Below are positions 45,513 through 55,929 of a stretch of 64,000 nt of DNA, one piece after another. The translations under genes were made by a program, and so were the position numbers. Below the pieces are notes generated by a model. It had not been told where the DNA came from and did no database searches. It saw nothing but the letters and a program-made list of their open reading frames with translations. Within the stretch, counting starts at the first letter, position 1. Every line of letters starts with the position of its first letter. This DNA is from Candidatus Nealsonbacteria bacterium (GTDB lineage: Bacteria; Patescibacteriota; Minisyncoccia; Minisyncoccales; JANBVM01): assembly GCA_047456315.1 (NCBI GenBank), contig CP179889.1, positions 576,776 to 640,775 of the forward strand, read 5' to 3'.

Positions 45513-47225
45513 ATGGGAAGAATAATTAGGAAAATAAAAACAACAAAAAGAACGAAAAACGAATTAAGGATTATTCCTTTAGGCGGACTGGGTGAAGTAG
45601 GCCGAAACATGACTCTTTTGGAATACAAAAAAAACATCCTCATAATTGATGTTGGTCTAAGGTTCCCAGGAGAAGACATGCCAGGCATTGACTACATTAT
45701 TCCTAATATTGAATATCTTAAAAATAGAAAAAATGATATTTTAGGAATTGTATTTACTCATGGGCATTATGATCATATTGGCGCTTTCCCCTATATTATT
45801 GTTAATATTTTCAAGAAAAACTTAAAGATATTTGCCAGTCCCCTGACCAGAGGAATAATTCTAAAAAGGCAGGAAGAATTTAAAGGATATCCAAAACCTA
45901 AAATAATAGAAGTAAAAAATGGCTCTAAAATAACACTGGGTTGTTTTAAGGTTGAATTTTTCAGACAGAACCACAATATTCCTGATAATTTAGGTCTGTT
46001 TATTGAAACACCAGTTGGAAATATAATACATACCTCTGATTTTAAGTTTGACCCCCATCCAATAAATGACCTGCCAACTGATTTTGAAAAATTAAAGAAT
46101 TTTGGAAAAAGAAATATTCTTTTAATGATGTCTGACTCAACGGGAGCTGAAGAAGAAGGTCATTCATTGTCAGAAAAAGAAATATCAGAGAACCTGGAGG
46201 AAATCTTTAAAACTGCTAAGGGCAGAATAATTTCTGCTACTTTCGCGTCTTTGATAAACAGAATCCAGCAGATTATTAGCCTCTCAGAGAAATACAAAAG
46301 AAAGGTTTGTGTTGAGGGTTATTCAATGAAAACAAACATTGAAATTGCAAAAGAGCTTGGTTACGTGAAAGCGCACAAAGCAACATTTATTAATTCCAAA
46401 CAAATCAAAAACTACCCTAATTCTCAGGTAACTATTCTCTGTACAGGAGCTCAAGGAGAAGCAAGAGCAGCATTGATGAGAATTGCCAGTAAAAAGCATC
46501 CTTTTATCAAAATTCAAAGAAATGACACTGTTATCTTTTCTTCTTCAGTAATCCCAGGAAATGAAAGAAGTGTTCAAATAGTTAAAGATGAGATTCTTCG
46601 CCAGGGAGCCAAGGTTTTTCATTATAAGATGATGGATATTCATGCTGGTGGTCATGGTAAAAAAGAAGAGTTGGAGGAAATGATTAGAATGATCAAGCCT
46701 AAATTCTTGTTCCCTATTCACGGACAGCACTCAATGCTTATATCTCATGCTGAACTGGCAAAAGAAATGGGCATGAATGAAAACAATATTGTTTTGCCTG
46801 AAAACGGACAAGTTATAACTTTAACTCCCAACAAAATAGCCATTGAAAAGGAAAGGGTGCCTTCTAATTATGTGATGGTTGATGGATTAGGGGTTGGAGA
46901 TGTTGGAGAAATAGTGTTAAGAGACAGGCAAATACTGGCCACAGACGGCATGTTTGTAATAATAGCGATTGTAGACAGGCAGACTGGAAAGGTAATAGGT
47001 TCTCCTGATATAATATCAAGGGGATTTGTTTATTTAAGAGAATCAAAAAAACTCTTAAAAGACACCAGAAAAAGAGTAATTGGTATTATTAACAGAGCCA
47101 CAGGTTCTGGCGGAGCAGTTAACTGGAGTTATGTAAAGGATGAACTTAGAAATAAAATAGGCCAGTTTCTTTTTAAGAGCACTAAAAGAAGGCCAATGGT
47201 CCTGCCTGTAATAATTGAGGTTTAA
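45513..47225 (+). CDS. rnj: Ribonuclease J
   Basis: Metallo-beta-lactamase motif (THGHYDHIG), beta-CASP domain, and the RNase J C-terminal domain. Confidence 0.92.
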   Translation: MGRIIRKIKTTKRTKNELRIIPLGGLGEVGRNMTLLEYKKNILIIDVGLRFPGEDMPGIDYIIPNIEYLKNRKNDILGIVFTHGHYDHIGAFPYIIVNIFKKNLKIFASPLTRGIILKRQEEFKGYPKPKIIEVKNGSKITLGCFKVEFFRQNHNIPDNLGLFIETPVGNIIHTSDFKFDPHPINDLPTDFEKLKNFGKRNILLMMSDSTGAEEEGHSLSEKEISENLEEIFKTAKGRIISATFASLINRIQQIISLSEKYKRKVCVEGYSMKTNIEIAKELGYVKAHKATFINSKQIKNYPNSQVTILCTGAQGEARAALMRIASKKHPFIKIQRNDTVIFSSSVIPGNERSVQIVKDEILRQGAKVFHYKMMDIHAGGHGKKEELEEMIRMIKPKFLFPIHGQHSMLISHAELAKEMGMNENNIVLPENGQVITLTPNKIAIEKERVPSNYVMVDGLGVGDVGEIVLRDRQILATDGMFVIIAIVDRQTGKVIGSPDIISRGFVYLRESKKLLKDTRKRVIGIINRATGSGGAVNWSYVKDELRNKIGQFLFKSTKRRPMVLPVIIEV

Positions 47226-47230
47226 AATTT

Positions 47231-48208
47231 ATGAGAGTTTTTAGCGGAATTCAACCAAGCGGCACGCTTCATATTGGTAATTACTTAGGAGCAATCAAGC
47301 AATGGATAGAGCTTCAGGAAAAAGCTGAATGTATTTTTTCTATTGTTGACCTTCATGCTATTACTGTTCCCTATCAACCCAAAAAGCTCAAGGAAAATGT
47401 TTTAGATGCTGCGATATGTTATCTGGCAGCTGGTATTAATCCAGAAAAATCAATTCTTTTCGTTCAATCAGAAGTGAAAGAGCACACTGAATTGGCCTGG
47501 CTTCTCAACACCATAACACCAATCGGCGAGCTTCAAAGAATGACCCAGTATAAAGATAAGTCCAAGCAATTCAAAAAATCAGTTAATGCTGGACTTTTAA
47601 ATTATCCTGTTTTAATGGCTGCTGATATTTTGCTCTATCAAACTGACACTGTGCCAGTCGGCAAAGACCAAAAACAGCACGTGGAACTGACAAGAGAAAT
47701 TGCTAAAAGATTTAATTCTAAATTTGGAAAAACTTTTAAAATTCCTAAAGCCCAGATTCCAACTCTTGGCGCAAAGATAATGGCCTTAAATAACCCAAAA
47801 AAGAAAATGTCTAAGTCCCTGGGGCCAGAATGTTATATTTCTCTTTTTGACGAACCATTGATTATTAGAAAAAAAATAATGTCTGCAGTTACAGACACAG
47901 GAAGAAAAATTATTTACAACCCAAAGAAAAAACCAGGTATTTCTAATCTTTTGATAATCTATTCTCTGTTTTCAAGAAAATCAATAAAACAACTGGAAAA
48001 AGATTTTAAAAATAAAGGTTATGGTGATTTTAAAAAATCTCTTGCTAATTTATTAATCAACTCTTTAAAACCGTTCAGGGAAAAAAGAAAAGAGCTTATC
48101 AAACGAAAGGTATATATTAAAGAAATATTAAAACAAGGAAGAAAAAAAGCCCAGAACATTGCCATCTTGAATATCTCTCAAGTTAAGAAGAAAATGGGTT
48201 TAATTTAA
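47231..48208 (+). CDS. trpS: Tryptophan--tRNA ligase
   Basis: Contains GIQPSGTLHIGNYLGA and KMSKS. Confidence 0.95.
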   Translation: MRVFSGIQPSGTLHIGNYLGAIKQWIELQEKAECIFSIVDLHAITVPYQPKKLKENVLDAAICYLAAGINPEKSILFVQSEVKEHTELAWLLNTITPIGELQRMTQYKDKSKQFKKSVNAGLLNYPVLMAADILLYQTDTVPVGKDQKQHVELTREIAKRFNSKFGKTFKIPKAQIPTLGAKIMALNNPKKKMSKSLGPECYISLFDEPLIIRKKIMSAVTDTGRKIIYNPKKKPGISNLLIIYSLFSRKSIKQLEKDFKNKGYGDFKKSLANLLINSLKPFREKRKELIKRKVYIKEILKQGRKKAQNIAILNISQVKKKMGLI

Positions 48209-48227
48209 CACTTCTCCTAATCCAGCT

Positions 48228-48788
48228 TTAAATTAAAGTTTCTGGGAAAAATTGTTCCACTTCTTCTGGTCTTAATAATCTAATGTCGTCCGCCACCTTT
48301 GAAAGCCCGAATGATTGTCCTTTAGCTATGCCTATATATTGAACGATTTTCCCAATTAACTGAACTTCCTCTACCGCAGCCACTAAATCAGTGTCAGAAC
48401 TCACTAAATAGGCAATATCATATTTATCTTCTCTGGCAAACCTAATCATTTCTACTGCTAAACGAACATCAACACCTTTTTCATGATAACTTTTATCTGG
48501 ATGACGAATTAATTGTCCCAAAGCCACAATAATGTCTTGTTTTTGTAATTTTCGCAACAATCTTTACTGGTCAGCGTACATTTTTTCACTCTTTTGATTA
48601 TTTAGCTGTCTCTTTACAGCGCCAATATAATATCGAATCTCTATCAACTTATTATATCCAACCAACCATTTAGCAAATTGTCTGAAGTTAAATTCAAGTA
48701 AACTATATTTTTTATCAAGTTTAGATGTTAATTCTTTTAACTTAAAGTAGAAATTACCGCCATCAATAAAAACAAAACCTCTTTTCAT
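48228..48788 (-). pseudogene. NYN/LabA-like (DUF88) nuclease-domain gene interrupted by one in-frame TAA
   Basis: The N-terminal piece (FIDGGNFYF...) and the C-terminal piece (HEKGVDVRLAVEM...LVSSDTDLVAAV) are in the same frame. They are separated by TAA at 48564-48566; the read-through context is ...YADQ*RLLRKLQ.... Confidence 0.6.
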
Positions 48789-48949
48789 AAAAATAAAAAC
48801 TGCCGTCGTTCGCCGAAACGAAGGAAAGCAGTGTGATTAACTATTTTAAGTATAGCAAAGTCAAAACCTTCGTCAAGTCCAATTTTCCCCAAATTATCTT
48901 CATTGATAATAAAATGACTCTCCATAATTTAAAGAATCAAAGTTCTTAT

Positions 48950-50329
48950 CTAGTCGCTATTCCAATCTAGCTTTAAAAAAGAATATTGATTTATTTTATC
49001 TCGTAAGATTTTTTTTATTTTCTCTAAACCATTCTCTGTTTTAGCTTCGACTCTTATGGTAAGCATAGGCTGAGTATTAGAAGCTCTAATTAAAAACCAA
49101 CCATCTTCAATATAACCTCTTATTCCGTCTATATCTATAACTTTGCTGCATTTTGGTCTAAAGTATTCTACTAATTCCTTAACTATTTCAAACTTCTTTT
49201 CTTCCGGGCAATCAATTCTATGTTCTGGTGTTGACGGGTATTTTGGTATCTGCTCCATTAACTGAGATAGTTTTTTATCAGAATTTGAGACAATTTCCAG
49301 CACTCTGGCTAAAGTGTATAAAGCATCATCAAAAACATACCAATTATCAACTATCCAGTAATGGCAACTCATTTCTCCGCATAAAATAGCTTTTTCCTCA
49401 TATACTTTATGGTCTAACAAAGCATGACCTGTTTTCCAGAATATGGGAATGCCACCTAATCTTTTAGTTTCTTCAGCCACAATTTCTGAGTCTTTCAATT
49501 CAACAATAACTTTTCTGCCAGGATTCTTTGGTATTATGCTTCTTATTAAAAGCGTTAAAATCATGTCTCCTAACCATATCTGGCCCTTTTCATCAACAAA
49601 ACCAACTCTATCTCCGTCGCCATCAAATATAACTCCAAGATCTGCCTGATTATCTTTTACTGCTTTTATTAAATCTTTGTAATGAGTTAATTTAGCTGGA
49701 TCAAGAGATCCTCTGGGAAAACTGGGGTCAATCTCACAATAAACTGGAACAGGCTCACAACCTAATTCTTCTAAAAACTCAGGGATAAAAGCAGATGGAG
49801 TAGTGTTTCCGCAATCAACAACAACTTTAAGCTTTCTTTTAAGGTTTATTTTGTTTTTAACAGCTTTAAAGTAAATAGGAACAATATCAAGTGATTTCAT
49901 TTTTCCATTGCCTTTTTTGAATTTTTTTGACATTAAAATATCTTTTACTTTCTGTATTTCTTTTCCAACAATGGCATTTAAATCATGACAAAGTTTTAAA
50001 CCATTCCATTGAGCCGGGTTATGGCTCGCAGTGATCATAACTCCGCCATCAATCTTATAATGCTGACGGGCAAAATAAAGAAAAGAAGAAAGAATCAGTC
50101 CAATATCAACAACATCGCAGCCCACAGATTTCAGCCCATCAATAACAGCTTTCTGGTAGGATTCTGAAGTGCCTCTGGCATCTCTTCCCACTAAAACATC
50201 TTTTGTTCCTCTTTCTAAAAGATAGGTGCCAAAGGCCTTGCCAATTTGATTAATAATATCAGGATTTAAGTCCTCCCCCGCTATGCCTCTGATATCATAT
50301 TCTCTGAATATTTTGTCTTTAATTTCCAT
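48950..50329 (-). CDS. Phosphomannomutase/phosphoglucomutase
   Basis: Active-site TASHNP, the DGDGDR metal loop, and a four-domain length. Confidence 0.88.
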   Translation of the reverse strand: MEIKDKIFREYDIRGIAGEDLNPDIINQIGKAFGTYLLERGTKDVLVGRDARGTSESYQKAVIDGLKSVGCDVVDIGLILSSFLYFARQHYKIDGGVMITASHNPAQWNGLKLCHDLNAIVGKEIQKVKDILMSKKFKKGNGKMKSLDIVPIYFKAVKNKINLKRKLKVVVDCGNTTPSAFIPEFLEELGCEPVPVYCEIDPSFPRGSLDPAKLTHYKDLIKAVKDNQADLGVIFDGDGDRVGFVDEKGQIWLGDMILTLLIRSIIPKNPGRKVIVELKDSEIVAEETKRLGGIPIFWKTGHALLDHKVYEEKAILCGEMSCHYWIVDNWYVFDDALYTLARVLEIVSNSDKKLSQLMEQIPKYPSTPEHRIDCPEEKKFEIVKELVEYFRPKCSKVIDIDGIRGYIEDGWFLIRASNTQPMLTIRVEAKTENGLEKIKKILRDKINQYSFLKLDWNSD

Positions 50330-50375
50330 ACTAATTTATATTGATTTTAATATGTTTTTATTATATCATTGCCCT

Positions 50376-51395
50376 ATGAGCTTCTCAATTGGAATAATTG
50401 GTCTGCCAAATGTCGGCAAATCCACCATATTTAAAGCATTAACCAAAAAAGAAGTTAAAATAGCCCCTCGTCCTTTTACTACCATAAATCCAAATATTGG
50501 AAAAGTTAGTGTGCCGGATAAAAGATTGAAGGATTTAAGCAGGATTATGGGGCCAGAGAAAACCACTCCTACAACAATTGAATTTGTTGATATTGCTGGA
50601 CTAGTAAAAGGTGCTCATAAAGGAGAAGGTTTAGGAAATCAGTTCTTAGCTCAAATCAAAAACTGTGATGCTGTTATCCAGATTGTGAGGGCTTTCAATA
50701 AGCCTGAAATTGAGAATGTTTTAGGAGTAATTAATCCTGAAAAAGAAATTGAAGTAATTAATGTTGAATTGCTAATGAAGGATTTGGAAACATTAGAGAA
50801 TGCAATTTCCAAGATGGAAAAGAAAAGAGAAGTTAAAAAAAGCGAAATTCTAAAAAAAATAAAAAGCCAGATAAGTGAAGGTAATCTGCTCTCAAAGATT
50901 AATTTAACAGATGAAGAAAGACTAGAAATTAAAGAGTATCAGCTTTTGACAACAAAACCAATTATATATATATTAAACACTAATGGTAAAACAGAGTTTT
51001 CCAAACCACTGTTTAATCATTTATTGATTAATTTAAAAGATGAAGAGGGATTTTTAGATCTATCAGAGAAAGAAAAAAAAGAACTTGAGTTTGAATCCCA
51101 GCTAGATGAAGCCATTTTAGCTTGCTACAATAGTTTAGACCTGATAACCTTTTTTACTGTGGCTGGAGGAAAAGAAGTAAGAGCCTGGACAATAACTAAA
51201 GATTCAGAAATTAAAAAAGCTGGCAACGCAGTTCACTCAGATTTCAAGGACAGATTTATCAGAGCTGAAGTTATTAGCTCCAGTGAGCTGGTTTTATCAG
51301 GGTCCTGGTCAAAAGCTAAAGAAAAAGGGCTGGTAAAAACAGTTGGAAAGGATTATAAAGTGAAAGATGGCGATGTTATTGAATTTAAAATATAA
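50376..51395 (+). CDS. ychF: Ribosome-binding ATPase YchF
   Basis: Contains IGIIGLPNVGKST and a C-terminal TGS-like domain (AVHSDFKDRFIRAEV). Start set at MSFSIG; the track ORF adds 31 spurious codons. Confidence 0.9.
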   Translation: MSFSIGIIGLPNVGKSTIFKALTKKEVKIAPRPFTTINPNIGKVSVPDKRLKDLSRIMGPEKTTPTTIEFVDIAGLVKGAHKGEGLGNQFLAQIKNCDAVIQIVRAFNKPEIENVLGVINPEKEIEVINVELLMKDLETLENAISKMEKKREVKKSEILKKIKSQISEGNLLSKINLTDEERLEIKEYQLLTTKPIIYILNTNGKTEFSKPLFNHLLINLKDEEGFLDLSEKEKKELEFESQLDEAILACYNSLDLITFFTVAGGKEVRAWTITKDSEIKKAGNAVHSDFKDRFIRAEVISSSELVLSGSWSKAKEKGLVKTVGKDYKVKDGDVIEFKI

Positions 51396-51410
51396 GTTAT
51401 TGATAAAATT

Positions 51411-51830
51411 ATGCAATTATATCAACTTGATTATTTAATTTCTCCTGAGGCCTCTGAAAAAGATGCTCAGGATTTTGGAAATAAATTAAAATCCTTAATT
51501 GAAAGCGAGGGTGGTCTTGTTGTTAAAACAGAAGTTTTGATAAAACAGGTGCTGGCTTATGAAATCAAAAAATTCAATGAAGCATTTTTAGCCAGTTTGA
51601 GCTTTAATCTAGAGCCAGAAAAGATAGAAGAGATTGAAAAAGAACTGAGAGCGGAAAAGAACATCTTAAGACATTTATTGATTAAAAAGAAAATAGTAAA
51701 AATCAAACCAAAAAGAAGAAAAGTAACCAGGATTGTTAAAGAAGTTAAAACACTAAAAACTAAACCTAAGAAAAAGGTCGAGCTAAAGGAAATTGAGAAA
51801 AAATTAGAGGAAATACTTGGAGACAGCTAA
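51411..51830 (+). CDS. rpsF: 30S ribosomal protein S6 (Lys-rich C-terminal tail)
   Basis: Supported by position in the S6-Ssb-S18 cluster and an S6-like N-terminal ~95 aa. Confidence 0.75.
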   Translation: MQLYQLDYLISPEASEKDAQDFGNKLKSLIESEGGLVVKTEVLIKQVLAYEIKKFNEAFLASLSFNLEPEKIEEIEKELRAEKNILRHLLIKKKIVKIKPKRRKVTRIVKEVKTLKTKPKKKVELKEIEKKLEEILGDS

Positions 51831-51857
51831 TAATTCATAATTATTCATATATATCAT

Positions 51858-52313
51858 ATGAATTTAAATAAAATATTTTTAATTGGAAGATTAACCCGTG
51901 ACCCGGAATTAAAGACGCTACCTTCTGGAAATCCAGTTGCTAACTTTGGACTTGCCACTGATGTTTATTTCACTGACAAATCAGGGCAAAAACAACAGCA
52001 GGTAGAATTTCATAATATAGTTCTCTTTGGCAGGTTAGCCGAGATTGCCTCTCAGTATCTAACAAAAGGTTCTTTGGCTTTTTTAGAAGGAAGAGTTAGA
52101 ACCAGAAGCTGGGAAGACTCATCTGGCAATAAAAAATACAGAACTGAAGTGATTGGTCAACGGCTGCAATTAGGCCCAAGGAGCGCTCCCAAGACAGCAT
52201 CAGCTCAAGAGCAACAGAAAAACCAACCAACAACTAAAGAGGTTAAAGAAGAAGATATTCCAATTATTGAAGAAAACGAACAAGAAATAAGAGTGGAAGA
52301 CGTACCTTTTTAA
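51858..52313 (+). CDS. ssb: Single-stranded DNA-binding protein
   Basis: Contains NKIFLIGRLTRDPELK...FHNIVLFGRLAE, with an acidic tip ending DVPF. Confidence 0.92.
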   Translation: MNLNKIFLIGRLTRDPELKTLPSGNPVANFGLATDVYFTDKSGQKQQQVEFHNIVLFGRLAEIASQYLTKGSLAFLEGRVRTRSWEDSSGNKKYRTEVIGQRLQLGPRSAPKTASAQEQQKNQPTTKEVKEEDIPIIEENEQEIRVEDVPF

Positions 52314-52348
52314 TAAATATTAAAAAACATAATGCATAATTTCTAACT

Positions 52349-52546
52349 ATGGCTTGTTATTTTTGTCAAAGAAACATTAAAGAGATTGATTATAAGAATA
52401 CTAAACTTTTGTCTAGGTTTGTTTCTGGTTTAGCAAAAATCAGGGCAAAAAAAAGAACAGGTGTCTGTTCTACTCATCAAAGAAAACTAGCTCAAGCTAT
52501 TAAAAGAGCAAGAACTATGAGCTTGCTTCCCTATACAACAAAATAG
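52349..52546 (+). CDS. rpsR: 30S ribosomal protein S18
   Basis: Contains IDYKNTKLLSRFVS...GVCSTHQRKLAQAIKRARTMSLLPY. Confidence 0.88.
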   Translation: MACYFCQRNIKEIDYKNTKLLSRFVSGLAKIRAKKRTGVCSTHQRKLAQAIKRARTMSLLPYTTK

Positions 52547-52620
52547 CTAGAAAGAAACATGAATTAAAAAACAGAGCCGTAATGCTCTATTTTTAATTTC
52601 TTTTGAATTATTTTTTAAAA

Positions 52621-53616
52621 TTAAGCCTGCTCTATAATGGCTTTTTTGATTTGTTTAATAATCTTGGGGTTTTCTTTTAAAAACTTTTTACCAGCCTCTA
52701 TTCCGCGACCCAGCTTCATATTCTCATACTGCAGCCAAGCTCCTGATTTTTTAATGAGCCCGTATTTTACACCAGTATTTAGAATATCCGCTAAATATGA
52801 AATCCCTTCATTATAATAAATATCAAATTCAGCAGTCTTAAACGGAGCTGCTACTTTACTCTTAACAATTTTAGCTTTTACTCTGTTCCCAATAATATTA
52901 TCTCCTTGCTTTATCTTAGCGCTCCTTCTTAAATTAATTCTAACTGAAGCATAGAATTTTAAAGCCAGCCCGCCAGGAGTTGTCTCAGGATTACCAAACA
53001 TCACTCCTATTTTCATCCTTGTCTGGTTTAAAAATACAACTATTGTTTTTGTTTTGGAAATTATTCCAGATAGTTTTCGAAGTGCCTGGCTCATGAGTCG
53101 AGCCTGAAGACCAATCTGAAACTGCCCCATTTCGCCTGCAATCTCAGCTCGGGGAACTAAAGCTGCAACTGAATCAACAACAATTACATCTACTTCTCCG
53201 GACCTAACCAAGGTTTCTACGATCTGAAGAGCTTGTTCTCCAGAATCAGGCTGAGAAATTAATAAATCATCTGTATTAACTCCAATTCTTTTAGCATAAT
53301 CAGGATCCATAGCATGCTCAGCGTCAATAAAAGCCCCTACCCCGCCTTGTTTTTGAGCGCTTGCTAAAATATGAAGAGCCAATGTGGTTTTCCCGGTCAT
53401 TTCAGAACCGTAAATTTCAATTACTCTGCCCCTGGGCACGCCTCCTATACCCAAAGCTAAGTCTAAAGAGATAGAACCAGTTGAAATTACATCAATATGA
53501 GAAAATGCAGCCTCTTTAAGCGTCATAATTGAACCCTCGCCAAACTTCTGTTTTATTTCAGCCAATGCTTCATTTAAATTAAGTTTTTCATCTTTTGTTT
53601 TTTTCTTTTTTACCAT
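52621..53616 (-). CDS. recA: Recombinase RecA
   Basis: Contains [10 protein letters not shown] Walker A, plus the IAGEMG...[14 protein letters not shown] segment. Start taken at the ATG (MVKKKK); the track uses an upstream GTG at 53637. Confidence 0.96.
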   Translation of the reverse strand: MVKKKKTKDEKLNLNEALAEIKQKFGEGSIMTLKEAAFSHIDVISTGSISLDLALGIGGVPRGRVIEIYGSEMTGKTTLALHILASAQKQGGVGAFIDAEHAMDPDYAKRIGVNTDDLLISQPDSGEQALQIVETLVRSGEVDVIVVDSVAALVPRAEIAGEMGQFQIGLQARLMSQALRKLSGIISKTKTIVVFLNQTRMKIGVMFGNPETTPGGLALKFYASVRINLRRSAKIKQGDNIIGNRVKAKIVKSKVAAPFKTAEFDIYYNEGISYLADILNTGVKYGLIKKSGAWLQYENMKLGRGIEAGKKFLKENPKIIKQIKKAIIEQA

Positions 53617-53656
53617 ATTGTATTTTAAGATTATCACCTTTTATCCAGCACAGCAA

Positions 53657-55831
53657 CTAAACTTGCTCCCAGCCCTCATCCTCATTCTCATCTCCGTCAG
53701 TATACTCCTCGCTTTCTTGGACCAGATAAACTTCTCTGGCTTTAGCGCCTCTGCTTGGTCCTATTATTTTATTGCCTTCTAACATATCTATTAACCTGGC
53801 TGCTCTTGCATAACCCACTCTTAGTTTTCTTTGAAGAAGAGAGGCAGACGCTCTTTTGTTTTCAACAACAATAACTTTTGCTTTTTCATAGAACGGGTCG
53901 TCAAAAGGAGAAACTGGTAAATTCTCTACTGGTCCTGCTTCTGTCTGGTCTAGAGCTTTTGTTAAGTTATCCTGAACCTCTTCTATTTCTAATCCTGCTT
54001 CCTGGTCTATGTACTGGTTGTTTTTTGTCTTTATCCAATTTGTTATTCTTTTGACCTCTTTTTCTGAAACATAAGCGCCCTGAATTCTTTTTGGTTTAAT
54101 ATTATCAGCTGAAATAAAAAGCATATCCCCCAACCCAAGAAGCTTCTCTGCTCCTGCCACATCTAAAACAGTACGAGAGTCAATCTGCGAAGCAACTTGA
54201 AAGGTTACCCGAGAGGTAATATTTGCTTTAATTAATCCAGTAATAACTTCAACAGAAGGTCTTTGGGTGGCAACTATCAAATGAACCCCAACTGCTCTTG
54301 CCATTTGAGCCAATCTCACAATCGCACTTTCCACCTCTCTTCCTTTAGATACCATTAAATCAGCTAGCTCATCAATTATTACAACAATGTAAGGAAGAGG
54401 CTCTGTTTCATTTTCAAAAGCCTTTTCATTATAACTTAGAATGCTTTTTGATTTTGACTGGGCCAGAGCTTTGAAGCGCCTGTCCATTTCTTCAGTTAAC
54501 CACTTTAGGGCATTAGTAGCTCTCTGAGAATCAGTAATTACCGGGCATAAAAGATGGGGCAGTTCATTGTAAGCTATGAATTCAACTCTTTTAGGATCAA
54601 TTAAAATAAATTTTAAAACATCAGGCGAATTCTTATAAAGAAGGGAAATGATTAAGTTGTTTAAAAAGATTGTCTTACCAGTTCCTGTTGAGCCGGCAAC
54701 CAGTAAGTGAGGCATTTTTGCCAGGTCGTTATAGATAGTCTGTCCAGAAACATTGCTTCCAAAACAAAGTAAAAGACTGGAAGGACTATCCTGGAATTTA
54801 GGATTGGAAAGCAGTTCTTTTAACCGGACAAAAGTTCTTGCTTTATTAGGCACTTCAACACCCACCAAGCTTTTACCTGGTATCGGAGCTTCAATTCTTA
54901 TTGGATGAACAGCCAGGGCCAGAGCAAGGTCATTTGATAAGGAAGTGATTTTGGAAAGCTTTATTCCTTCAGCTGGTTTAAAAGAGTATTGAGTTACAGT
55001 TGGTCCAATATTTATCTCCGACATTTCAACTGGAATATCAAAACTTTCAAGCGTATTTTTAATTATTGCTGAATTTAATTTAATATTACCAGCAGACGGT
55101 TTGCCCTTTGTTAAATCTAATAAATCAACGGGTGGCAATTCATATCCATTGATTGGGGCCTGTCTAATTTTCTTGGGTTTTAAATCCAGATACTCTTCTT
55201 TTTCAGATTTTTTTTGTTCTTTTGAAGATTGAACAGGTTCAATGTGTTTAACCTTAAAAGAAGGGGCGAAAATCTTTCTAATAAAAGATGGCTTTTCTTC
55301 TTCGTCAGTGTCTTGAGTATCTGTTTCTCGTTTTAATAAACGCCAGAAAATAATCACTCCTATAATAATAGCTGCAGCAAACAAAATCTGAGTTACCCAA
55401 AGACCGAAAAGCTGTAAAAGGGGCCAGATTAAAACAGAGCCCAATAATCCTCCTTGTTTTATGCCGGGATTTAATCTTTCCAGCGCTCCAGAAACACCCA
55501 AGACCGTTATCAGGATAGCTAAAAATGAAGGTCTTAGAATTTCTTTATACTCAGCTAAAAAGAATGAAAGGCCTGTGAGGAAAAAAAGAAAAGGAAGAAT
55601 AAAAAAAGTTTTGCCTATTAAGAAATTAAGGCTGGTAAAAAGAAACTCTCCTATTATTCCTGCTTTCTGAAAATAACTGAGAATAAAAATAATTGATAAA
55701 AGAAAAAACACAATAGCTAGAATATGCCTTTGTGTTTCTTCCGGCAAAGAAAAGGAAAGATTGACAGAATCAATCGAGAAAAGCCCCTTGTTCTTATTTC
55801 TTCTTTTTCTTTTTTTTCTTGCCATCTTCAA
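53657..55831 (-). CDS. ftsK: DNA translocase FtsK/SpoIIIE
   Basis: N-terminal TM helices, motor domain (AGSTGTGKT, VVIIDELADL), and a C-terminal winged-helix gamma domain. Confidence 0.92.
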   Translation of the reverse strand: MKMARKKRKRRNKNKGLFSIDSVNLSFSLPEETQRHILAIVFFLLSIIFILSYFQKAGIIGEFLFTSLNFLIGKTFFILPFLFFLTGLSFFLAEYKEILRPSFLAILITVLGVSGALERLNPGIKQGGLLGSVLIWPLLQLFGLWVTQILFAAAIIIGVIIFWRLLKRETDTQDTDEEEKPSFIRKIFAPSFKVKHIEPVQSSKEQKKSEKEEYLDLKPKKIRQAPINGYELPPVDLLDLTKGKPSAGNIKLNSAIIKNTLESFDIPVEMSEINIGPTVTQYSFKPAEGIKLSKITSLSNDLALALAVHPIRIEAPIPGKSLVGVEVPNKARTFVRLKELLSNPKFQDSPSSLLLCFGSNVSGQTIYNDLAKMPHLLVAGSTGTGKTIFLNNLIISLLYKNSPDVLKFILIDPKRVEFIAYNELPHLLCPVITDSQRATNALKWLTEEMDRRFKALAQSKSKSILSYNEKAFENETEPLPYIVVIIDELADLMVSKGREVESAIVRLAQMARAVGVHLIVATQRPSVEVITGLIKANITSRVTFQVASQIDSRTVLDVAGAEKLLGLGDMLFISADNIKPKRIQGAYVSEKEVKRITNWIKTKNNQYIDQEAGLEIEEVQDNLTKALDQTEAGPVENLPVSPFDDPFYEKAKVIVVENKRASASLLQRKLRVGYARAARLIDMLEGNKIIGPSRGAKAREVYLVQESEEYTDGDENEDEGWEQV

Positions 55832-55929
55832 AGTAAAATTACAACCTAATGCCTTATCTTAATCTAAATCAAAGCCCAAAATCAAGGTTCTTGCTGAAAG
55901 CAAGGTCTTTAATATTATATCTGTTTTAA

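Noticed and set aside
48564-48566. Stop-codon reassignment, as in some candidate phyla.
   Set aside because: The interrupting codon is TAA, not TGA. TGA, TAA and TAG all coincide with the natural ends of conserved genes in this window (for example rdgB ends in TGA, the 143-aa membrane ORF in TAA and the ASCH/DUF3850-like ORF in TAG).
51411-52546. Missing rplI after rpsF-ssb-rpsR, and absence of rplJ-rplL upstream of rpoB, as possible ribosomal-protein loss.
   Set aside because: Absence from a 64-kb window says nothing about the genome. The gene order is merely rearranged relative to model bacteria.
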